Positions 23,381-34,000 of a stretch of DNA of 64,000 bases are shown here, in pieces. Position 1 is the first letter of the stretch; every line of letters begins with the position of its first letter. Under the pieces are notes generated by a model. The model ran no database searches. It saw only the letters and a list, made by a program, of their open reading frames with translations, and was not told the origin of the DNA. The stretch lies in the NCBI RefSeq assembly GCF_032191835.1, contig NC_083224.1, positions 141,422,001-141,486,000 on the forward strand. Reading direction: 5' to 3'. Source of the DNA: Heteronotia binoei. Lineage: Eukaryota. The position numbers and the translations under genes were made by a program.

Positions 23381-24048
23381 AATAATAATACAAATTTATT
23401 ATTATTATTATTATTTGTAGAAATAAAGGTGGTGGATCTCATCCAGGGATTGTTATGCAGCTGCACCTACTATTCAATGGACAAGGTGGGAAGGAGGAGG
23501 TGGAACTATAAGAAAGGTTCAGGAGCTGTGCTCCTGTGAGCTCCCGCTGAATCTGAGGCCTGGTCCAGTCTACATTCAAATACTGCATTACAATCATATT
23601 TGCTCTGATCCTTCAGAACAGGACTGTCATTTAGAGGATTTACAAAAAGGATTTTTAGGATTACAATGGCACACATTGAAGGAGCAGCCTGCTACAAGAC
23701 AGACCCACAGAAGTTAACAATTGCACTGGCTGTCACTTATAGCTCACAACTTAAAACTTCTGCATGCCATCAATGATCTACTGCCTCTCCTGGATAAGGA
23801 TATTTCTCTTTCATAGGCCTGGGTGGTAGGCCTTGGCTTGCTCACAGACAGCCCTCTTCCAACTTAAAATAGCTTCTTACCAACAATAATGGACCACCAA
23901 GTAAAGGCACAAGCCCAGGAACTAGCCTAGATGCAATCTTTCTCCATGTATACACTCAGGCAATACTATTACAGAACTTATTAACATTAGGCACAACATT
24001 CTGGACTCATCCTCACACACATCATCCAATTAAATGTATACCATCATG

Positions 24049-24342
24049 TGCCAGTTTGGTGTAGAGTTTGGTGTAGTGGTTAAGTGTGCGGACTCTTATC
24101 TGGGAGAACCGGGTTTGATTCCCCACTCCTCCACTTGCACCTGCTGGAATGGCCTTGGGTCAGCCATAGCTCTGGCAGAAGTTGTCCTTGAAAGGGCAGC
24201 TGCTGGGAGAGCCCTCTCCAGCCCCACCCACCTCACAGGGTGTTTGTTGTGGGGGAGGAAGGTAAAGGAGATTGTGAGCCGCTCTGAGACTCTTCGGAGT
24301 GGAGGGCGGGATATAAATCCAATATCTTCTTCTTCTTCTTCT
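24049..24342 (+). mobile_element. Squam3-like tRNA/L2 SINE, full length
   Basis: GCCAGTTTGGTGTAG..GGTTTGATTCCCC (B box)..GGAGGGCGGGATATAAATCC..(TCT)n. Confidence 0.85.
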
Positions 24343-25381
24343 GCCAACAATACTCTTCTAGCATGAGTCAGTCCCTGTGTGAGCTAATTAGTTAACACAC
24401 ACATCTGACATTTTAAAAAACAAACAAACAAACAAACAAACCCTGCAACATTCAGAAACCAGTATGAGAACAGTTTTACCTCCCTAGACATCCTGTTGCA
24501 AGTCATAGAATCATTGTTTTACAAGAAAATACTTCAGAGTATACAATGTGAAAGTGCTGAATTAGAACTCCTCATGAAATTAAACATTATCTCTCAACCT
24601 AGCCTAAACAGAAAGCTGAATTTCCCTACTCACTATAATTTCTAACAGCTCAACAGGGAACCCCCCCCCCATTTTAGAGATTTCAGTTGGTTCTTCTTAA
24701 AATGTTGTATCATACTGTAGCCCTTTACTTACGCTAATCAGGTTTTCTTTTGCTTCAAATTCCTGCTTCCCTTGATTAGATGTGTTGATCATACTTCATT
24801 ATACTTTATTTGTTCCCCATGTTAGAAGAAAATTTGTACCTTCTGCAAAAATCTGCAAAATGATTTTCTTCTTATAGTCTATGAAGAAATGAGCTCTGAC
24901 TCTTGAAAGCTCATGCTGGGATAAATTTTGTTAATTTCTAAGGTGCCATTGGGCTTCTGTTTTAGTTTATGTTCTGTGCCTGTCTTCATGTAAAAGAGTT
25001 TATGACTCAGCTGAGAATTCAGGACAGGTCAGGAGAGGATGATGACCTCTTGAAAGTTCCTCAGTGTGCAAAATCACACAAATGTATCAGCCAGCTTACT
25101 CAGATGGAGGGTGGGCAAATATGAACTTCTGCTGTTTCATTACTCTCAGACAATACTAACATTGATAACTGTCAGAGCTTTGTTTAATCATAGTCTCTAT
25201 TAGAGGAAAGGAACCGGAAAACATAAGAACTGAGGAGGAAAGACTTTGGCTGGTTCATAGTGCAATTCAAAAATTGCTGATTATGTGCTATACAAGTTTT
25301 AGTTCTGCAAATCTGGTTGGAATTTAACTTGTGCTTCATTACCTGGTGCAAAAGTTAGTACTGTGATATCATCACACGTGA

Positions 25382-25710
25382 ATCTGCCTTATACTGAATC
25401 AGAACATATGAACATATGAAGCTGCCTTATACTGAATCAGACCCCCTGGTCCATTAAAGTCAGTATTGTCTTCTCAGACTGGCAGCGGCTCTCCAGGGTC
25501 TCAAGCTGAGGATTTTCACACCTATTTGCCTGGACCCTTTTTTGAACACTGGTCCTTCAGTCACACTGTCAACTTTAACTGACAGGAACTTTCCAGGGTC
25601 TCAGGAAAAGGTTGTTTACATCCCATTATCTGATCCATTTAACTGGAAATGCCAGGGTTTGTACCTGGAATCTTCAAAGCAAAAGCTCTGCAGCTGAGCC
25701 ACAGGCTTTC
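25382..25710 (-). mobile_element. Nested tRNA SINEs with CR1-like tail (Squam2-like)
   Basis: CTGCCTTATACTGAATCAGA occurs twice (near 25383 and 25423) around an (AACATATG)n tail; head TGTGGCTCAG at about 25705; related copy at 46180-46365. Confidence 0.6.
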
Positions 25711-26466
25711 ATATACAAACGGTTTCTTGCACTCTCAACACACACTTGCAAATTGCTCTAAAATTATAATATTGTATTAACATAGCCGTGGGAATAAAGG
25801 TTGTGTCTGTTGAACCGGAAGCCCACCAAAGGGACTGCTGTAGCAAAAAGGACCCAAAGAGCCAGACAAGTTTCAATGTAGAATGCTATAAACTCCCATC
25901 CTGATAGATCTTTAAAACATCAGATTTGATGGGGGGTGATGTACTAAAGCCTCACACGCTTGTTTATACAAAGTTATCATAGTTAGATAGACAACTGTTA
26001 TTAAAATACTAGTGGCCAATCTCTCTTGGCACTTGTGCCACAAAGCAGTTCTAAAGAATAAGATAACCAGTGTGACTCATATTTACAGCTCATATATAGT
26101 CCCCTGCACCTGTGTGTGATTTTTGCCTTTAGTCTAAACAGAGTTAGTGAGCAAAGTCATGGCTGGGGCACCACAAACTTCTGCTGTTTGTGACATTCAT
26201 GTGACCTGTTCTGAGGACTGACCACCCATGAATATCCAACAGGTGGCTCACAAACTGGGTAACAGTCTCTGGTAACCCTGCCAAATTTTATTCAAGGTAT
26301 AGAAAAAAGTTTTCCCAATTTAAGGAAAATATAAACTGTTTTCAAGTTTTAAAAGGATGGTCCAAATGGAAATGTTATATTGTTTTTTGGGTTTTGTATG
26401 GAATGCCCTAGCTGCGCTTCACTTCCAGCTCCCTGGTTTAGAGTTATACTCTCAGTGAATCTAGAA

Positions 26467-26669
26467 GTCCCATGGCGCAGAGTGGTAAACTGCAGTACTG
26501 CAATCCAAGCTCTGCTCATGATCTAAATTCAATCCTGGCGGAAGCTGGGTTCAAAAGATTGCCATCTCAAGGCTGACTCAGCTTTCCATCCTTCTGAGGC
26601 CGTTATGTCACCCCATGGGTCAGTAATGACTCGGTGCTTGTACAGGGGACTACCTTTCTTTACCTTTAC
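26467..26669 (+). mobile_element. Sauria-type SINE, internally deleted, with 16-bp TSD
   Basis: TSD CTCAGTGAATCTAGAA at 26451-26466 and 26670-26685; (ACCTTT)n tail. Confidence 0.85.
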
Positions 26670-27768
26670 CTCAGTGAATCTAGAACCACATACTACAGTT
26701 TAGACTACAGATCTCAATGGTTTTCTGCATGGCTTTCAATGCATCTATCACTATCTGGATTAATGCAAATCCATTGTGTGTTTTAAGCCTCCAGATATAT
26801 TATGAAGCTTTCCTAATTCATTTGTGTGCTTCTCAAATGGATGGGGATGGCATTTCTCCTTCATTTAAACCAGTAGTAACATCTGTTCTCCTTCATTGAA
26901 ACCAGTAGTAACATTCCCATCCAATAGGGTAAGGGAATTAATATAAAATGATCTTTTAAAAAAATCTGTTGAATCCATTAATAACACAAAAGATATTTTA
27001 ATTTTTTTTAAAAAAATGGTTGGTAGGGTGTGTTATTTTAATTATAGCAGGATTCAGAAAAAATATAGGGAGTCCAGCCAGCTTTTTCACTCCATCTCAT
27101 CCAATTCCCTTCCTTACTACTCCCTCTGCTGCAGGTCCCATGGTTTCCTGCACAGCCTTTTTGGTGGTCATAGTGGATCTGCTCACCAGCAGAAAAGTTG
27201 GTTGGATCCAATCCATATTTTATCATTCATTCTGAAGTCTCCAAGTACACAGTCTATAGAGAGGCGTGGGAAGGGATTTTTTTTGCTGAGGGAACACAAT
27301 GGAATGGAGTTCTGGAACCTCTTTATGGAAACAAAATTCTCCAAAAATGTTTAAAAGTTCATGAGGGGCACACATATGTTTCTCTTTCATTTTTCTCTTA
27401 AAAGTTCCAGCACCTCTTTTTCCAGAAAAAAAGGCTTGGGTGTCAGAAGGGGGAGCCAGCATCAATACTGATTTTCTTAATGCTAAGAGGAATGAATGAA
27501 AAACAAAAAAAAATGACACGATTTCTCCCAATGGAGATTAGATAGCTTTGTGTAGGTGGGTTTGGGTGCTTATTCCCACTGAGTTAGGCCCTATTGATCC
27601 TGTTATTTAATCTCTGTTGCAGATATTACTCATAAGAAAATACAATCCTTCATGCCACAATTCTTGATGAGGTTTGAAAGTATCCAATCACACATACACA
27701 ACAATTCACTTTTACACATATATAATGAAATAACAAGCCAGCATTTTTTTTCCTTTTGAATGCCAGTG

Positions 27769-27774
27769 TTTATT
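27769..27774 (-). terminator. Polyadenylation signal of vitellogenin
   Basis: First AATAAA on the minus strand, about 200 nt after the stop codon. Confidence 0.65.
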
Positions 27775-27970
27775 AGGAAATCATATGTTTCATTAATAGT
27801 TAACCTTGTTTCTACAAGGATATGGTTAGACTTTCTTTACAAGGTCAGACTTCTTCAGGAAGATTTAGTAAGACTTTTAAAATACTTAAATTAACATTTG
27901 TGCAGCTGCCTGGAATAAACATCCTGACTGCACACAACAGTATAGATTTCTAATTTGCTGGGCCAGAAAC

Positions 27971-28089
27971 TTATGAGGCACATCGTCGATTTTTACAAGA
28001 GCACAATGTGTGAACTTTGACTGAATGCACCAGATCTTCAGACTTCTGGTCTAGTCTCGCCCGTGTATCAAGTAAGTTTGTTGTGGAAC
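27971..28089 (-). CDS. VTG: Vitellogenin exon 35 (terminal, TAA)
   Basis: STTNLLDTRARLDQKSEDLVHSVKVHTLCSCKNRRCAS*. Confidence 0.94.
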
Positions 28090-31000
28090 CTGGAGACAAA
28101 GGAATGAAGAAGTTATTAGAATGGAAAACCTGAAAGTTGAATGAGTGCTTTTTATATCTTCATCTGAAATGTATTACACAGGGCAATTTCACTTAGAATC
28201 AGCAGGATGCATGTCCAATTCAGGATGGAACCCTAAACCAATTATGAAGGAGTACTGAGTAAGACTACTTAGGACTGGACTATCAGTGTGCACAGAACTG
28301 CTGTTAACCCATTCACGTGCATCCAGTGGCAATTTATGGTGGTGATGAACTACAAAATTTTCTGTTGCACTGTGGCGAAAACAGGAAAATGCGATTTGTA
28401 GTGCCAAACAAGTAGATATTATATTGACTTACCAGCTGGCAGACAATGCATGGCAACAGGAATGGAGACGGTAGCAGTTGGTAAGCAGCCCTCTTTACAC
28501 TGTAGCACAGACTCAACACTGAAACATTCTGATTGTTGACCCAGGTACTCGATCGTATGTTCAGGTTTCACATGTGAGTACCGCAGGTTGCAGTCTGCAA
28601 CAGGATAAACAGAATTCTTTCAATACCAGTTGAAAGACTAGAGGCTTTCATATAGTACAATACAAATGAACCTACAGTTTTACAATATAAAATTAACTTA
28701 GGTTCATCCCCTATTATTTATTGGCATTTCTAGAATGACTGTCTTAATGTTGGTTAACGTAGCATGGAAATAAGTCCAAAAAACAAGTTATCAGAGCCTG
28801 CTTACCTCCATCACAGGGTCCCTCAGTGTGCACCCAAGACTGAACAAAACCCAATGCATTTTTAGCTATACGTCCACTTGGAGTCTGGAATTCCTTTTCA
28901 CCATCAAATTGACCACATAGCCCCTGTAGTTGTTCTTGCATTGTGTTGGAGTCTACTTCAATCTTCATGAAAACAAAAACAAAACTATTTGGTGTTTTGC
29001 TTACAGTAACAATGGAAAATAGCTTATATGACTATGAGCTTGTTTTGCCACACAAGAGGTAGACAACTCATAAAAAGACTTTTGCCCTGTGAAGGCATCT
29101 GGCTTCATTATGGTGCACATAACTGTTAGGTGGATGTCAGAATGCCATCTCTTTGCTGTTCTCTGAACTGAAAGGTGGTATTCTGGCCCTGGCCACAAAT
29201 GCAACTCCTTGCCATTGCATTGCAAAGGCTTGCCTAGAAAGCACTGCAAGTTTGCAAGTCCATAGGTGAAATTTTCTCACTGCATCCCTGATACTTGCAA
29301 TACCCTGGAATCCAATGCAGATGTGTCTTACATTTGCAGAATGCCACTGAAGATGGCAATGTGCAGCCCTATCCCCCCCAAGTTCTTGCTGCCTCCCCAG
29401 AATTCACTTTATGCCCCATGTTCAAGATGACTAGAATAAATTATTGTAGGTAACCCAAACAAGTAGATATTATATTGGCTTACCAGCTTGGGGAGGGTGG
29501 AGGCCAGAAACCATTGGTGCTCTAATCCACCCTGAAACTCTTTGCTGGATTCCAGTGGCAAAAAGTTGGACAGCAGTCCACAGTCTGATCCCTCCTTCTA
29601 CCTGGGAAGCCTCTTGCTGCATCCCAGCAGGGCTGTGGTGAGAGCCTTCCCTGGTGGTGGTGAGGAAGACTGATCCCTTCCACCCACCATGTCCCAGCAA
29701 GAGACTTCCTGAGTGGGGGGAGGGGGGAGCGAGGAAGTGATCAGCATCCACAGCCAGCTGGGAGTCCATGCTCTGATCTTCCCAAAGGTCCAGACTGAAC
29801 AACTTGGATGTATTTGTATGCTGTGCACTCAGTGCCAACCCAACCACTGGAGAACTTAGTAAAAGGGAGAGCTTTTTATCTTCAAGATGTGGTTTGGGAG
29901 TTTATAAAGAAAGACTTATAAAAGCAGATACTACTCAATGTAGACTGAAGTTTTGCAGCAATATTATTCAGCTTAACAAGAAAGGAAAGGTCCCCTGTGC
30001 AAGCACCAGTCATTTCCGACTCTGGGGTGACGTTGCTTTCACATCGTTTTCACGGCAGACTTTTTATGGGGTGGTTTGCCATCGCCTTCCCCAGTCATCT
30101 ACACTTCCCTCCCAGCAAGCTGGGTACTCATTTTACCGACCTCGGAAGGATGGAAGGCTGAGTCAACCTTGGGCCGGCTACCTGAATCCAGCTTCCACCG
30201 GAATCAAACTCAGGTCGTGAGCAGAGAGTTCAGACTACAGTATTGCAGTACCGCTGCTTTACCACTCTGCACCACAGGACCCTCAGCTTAACAAAGAACA
30301 ATACCTAAATTCAAGTCAGGTTGCGTTGATTTTAATGAGCAAAGGATTTGAGTGAATTTTCCCATCATTTTTCATTGTCAGCTAGGGCCGGTCATTTGTT
30401 CTGATAATATGACAGGAAAGCACAGATTTGCTTTCTAATTTGCAATCATTTTGCAATCCTGAAAATATTCACTGTAGAGAGAAAAATACCGTGATATTGT
30501 GTCCATCATAGTAGCAAGTTAATTCATCATAAGCCTTCAGTACAAGTTGACCATTTTTCTCTGTGATGGCAATGGTTAAACCTGTAAAATAAAAGTCCAA
30601 AATGATAATTTATCTGAAAAAAATGAGGGAACAGACAAATCAAGCTAATAAAAATGTTCCTTGGATTAAATAATTGTCCCTGTTATATTGACTATTCCTC
30701 TGTATCCTGTGTATAAATCCATTCTGAGGTCTCTTTTTAGTAAGTGAAGAGATATCAATAACCTGTTCAGATTTGTGAAAACATTTTAGCTATTCTTTTC
30801 TAGCCTTCAGTTGGAAGATGACTAAATAGTGTGATTTTCTTTTTCAATGCAAGCTCTCTTCTACATTTATGTAGAGTTTTGGTTTCTTGTCTCCCAACAA
30901 TCCTGCTTAAACCTTGGCACTTACTGCTTAGCCTGCAGCTGCTTCCACACAGGAATCAATGTGGACAGCAGGATGCCCCCTCTGCTTCTGGGAGTGTTTG

Positions 31001-34000
31001 CACAATAAGCCTCCTGAGGTTTTCTTCTTTGAACCAGACAAAGGGAGTAACATCCTTTAATCTAGCTCAAGGGAAGCTTATGGGGTGACTGAAGGCAGAG
31101 TGTCTATGTTGATGCTTTACCTGCAGTCTGAATATGGTGGGAAACCAAGTCAAACTAAGCCCTGCAATCCCCTACTTCTTTTAGTCATTCTTTTAGCTTT
31201 TTTTGTTTTACTGCTGAGCTGCGATTATGTGATTATGTTCTTATGTTCGAAGAAAGAAATTGGAAGTGTCAGGCTATTAGGGGGCCCAGCACAATTGTCA
31301 TTATATCAGCACTTTTGTGTCAGTGCAGTAAAGGGAATGGGGGGGGGGGGGGAATCACCTACAGCAAGCAACCCAGAGTCAGGGCATGCCTACTCCCACC
31401 TTGTTGTTTCTACAGCACAGACATATTTTCCTACCCCTGTGTGGAAGCAGCTTCTGAAATAAAAGGTAACAGCTAGGCCCTTTACATACCATGTCCTTCA
31501 AAGCGATATGGAAGAGATGATAGAGGCACTTCAACATGATCAACTTCTACTTGATAGGCTCCTTCTTTAACTGACAATTTAATTTCTCTGATAAGAATAA
31601 AAATAAAAAGGAGAGTCAATCTGCAGTGATCACAGGTTATAGTTTTGGAATAAGAATTCCAGTAAATTCTGCTATTATAGTTGACCATGACATCTCATTA
31701 TCTTTTCCAAGTATTATTCTGCTTGCCAAAGGAGACAAGACAGCTATCCTGTTATTACATGCCACTTATAGTGAGCTGGTTCCCGTTCATTTAGTAAGAA
31801 ATCTTCCATTGGAGGAGAGACTCCACAGAGAATTTCTACTCTTGATGGGTTCAGTTAGCACTTGGATCCTAAGCCTCACTTGTGCAGCACTGTGATGGCA
31901 TTCCTCAACTGCATAGTTCATTTCCAGGACTGCCAACTTACACAAGAGCAGCATTGTTCAGGGAGCTGAAAACCTCAAAGCACCAAAGGAAAGCACTGTG
32001 CAGTAGAGGACTACCTCACAACAGACAAGCAAGGGCAAAAGCAAGGCTTTTGATCCAAACCCAGGGCTCTGTCTGTTGTACTGCACTGCTATAGATTACT
32101 CAGTGAAATTGTTCAGTTTGACAGACCCAAGGATGTAACTCAAGTCAAATCACTCCCCTGCACAATCCAGTTTAAAAAAAAAAAATACTGAAAAATTCCA
32201 GAAAGCCAAAGAAATGTTTGATTATGTTAAGAAACTTCCTAAAATGCAGCAACATGCCAAGATTAAAGACAGTAACAAATATATCATAATAGTGACTTGA
32301 ACTGACTGGATATACATGAGAATGCTGTTACTCCTCAAATCAGTTGGAGTGATCAAATTGTGGGGGTTTTCTTATTTATTTATTTACATCATTTGTTATC
32401 CATTTTTCCTCATTGAAACTCAAGAGAGATTAGACAATACAAGGAACACAGTACAGTGCATACCATGAACAGTAGAATAAAACTGCATTACACAAATAAC
32501 AATAAAACAGAAACTGTATAATGCGTAACACAAACCCTAACTCTATATACCGATTAGAAAACCAGATGTTAGTTACAAGATGCTGAACTACAGAGGGTAT
32601 AACACATCCAGTAAGAAACATGGAATAAAGGGGAGGGGGGAAAGGATGCCTAACAATTTCACAGGCAATTAAAATTAAAACGTTATTACTTTTATAGAAA
32701 TGGTCTTTCTATAGAAATCTATTTTAATACACCCCTATTCACTCTTTGCAAATATCCTCCTGACCAGCTCTATTTTACACATTCTGCAAAATGTGAGAAA
32801 TATAGGAACCTTTCTTGCATCTTACAGCCTCTGCATTAAGAGGCTGGAACTTTTCTTCACATGCTTTCACCGAACTGGATTATTGTACTGATGTAAAAAC
32901 ATTAGCTCTACTTACGGGCCATTACTAGCAAATATAAGGTCTTTTGTGATATCATGGGTGGATCGCTGCATCATCATCACAGAGAACTGCTTATAACGAT
33001 TCTTAGCCAAGATCAGAGGGCAGTTTGGAACCAGAAGGGTTTGGATTTCAGCTCCAGCAAAGGTTGTAAGATTGTTACGATACACTGAACAAATCCCTAA
33101 TAAGAGGGAACAAAATGTGAGTGTGTGCATTTGTGAAAGAGTTTCATGGTTTGATTGTTCTTAGAGCAACTAATGAACAGTATACATATTTCAAGGAATA
33201 TAATTTAATATTTGTGGTCACGGAGCAAAGTGTGCACATTTTATAGACAATTTTTGTAAGAAGATCATTTTCTAGTAATTTTAACATTTCCCAGTCTTTT
33301 TTCCAGGACAAATAACGTTAACTGGTGGGCTTTATATTCAGCAGTAAATTAGATTTTAAAATGCATTTCTGAAATGTCTTAATATGTTAATGCCACGGTA
33401 TTGTTAGATTTCAAGGAACACATTGGACATCATTATTCCAGCTAAGAAAAATAAGCATTTTAAAACTGGATCCCAGATCTTGAAGCATTCAATGTCTTTT
33501 TTTACACTCGTAATAATATGACATTGTGGGAAAGGCTGGTATATGTGAAATACATTTCCTAGATTATTTAAACATATACACATATATAACATGCATACAT
33601 ATATAAATAATATAAATCAATGGTCCCCAACCTTTTTGGCACCAGGGACCGGTTTTGTGGAAGACAATTTTTTCACGGACTGGTGGGTATGCTGGGGTTT
33701 TTGCTGCCCATCCCTGCCCCACCCCGGGGGTCGCTAAATGTGGGGTAGGTGAAATTCACTGCTGCACTACCCCTTCCACCTGCCTGGGACCAGGGCAAAT
33801 GAAAGAGGTGGTGCTTCAGACTGAGGCTGTGCTGCCTCTTTAATCCTCCTGGGACCCAGGCAGGTGAAAGGGGTGGTGCGGTGCCTATGTCTCATTCTGT
33901 GATCCAGTTGCTAACAGGCCACGGACTGGTACTGGTCCGTGGCCCAGGTGTTGGGGACCCTTAAATGAAGAGAAAATATATTTTTAAAGGTAACATTATA

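Larger units (their letters stand above)
18116..26930 (-). pseudogene. Decayed unprocessed vitellogenin pseudogene (exon relics in correct order; may extend from about 15.3 kb to about 27.2 kb)
   Basis: Exon-11-like about 22380-22540 (DMVFAVKTMGNAEVSDSIKFFKRSLPG). Exon-12-like 22137-22358 (VWKILFQ..EL*MLACIVIFETRP..IAN..QLTGFVYNHLK). Exon-13-like 21488-21585, exactly 98 nt (SIACTIAL..P.L..YYSKVIH) with acceptor AG>AT. Exon-14-like 21331-21458 (..TA*TLFP..MEE) with 2 stops and donor GT>GC. Exon-19-like 18116-18312 (LFVH..EVFQ..VQNIPMKPYKLD) with a frameshift. Weaker relics of exons 3, 4, 5, 7, 8, 17 and 18. Confidence 0.78.

Noticed and set aside
22869-23382. Overlapping 150-160 aa ORFs on both strands
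   Set aside because: GC-rich repeat sequence with few stops; low-complexity translations and no splice context.
28189-28407. ORF with GLGFHP..HPAD resembling a cysteine-less exon 34
   Set aside because: No phase-compatible splice sites; the true Cys-rich exon 34 is at 28433-28594.
33404-33592. ORF with FKIWDPV as candidate exon 29
   Set aside because: No usable phase-1 donor; 34022-34136 has the correct splice sites and phases.
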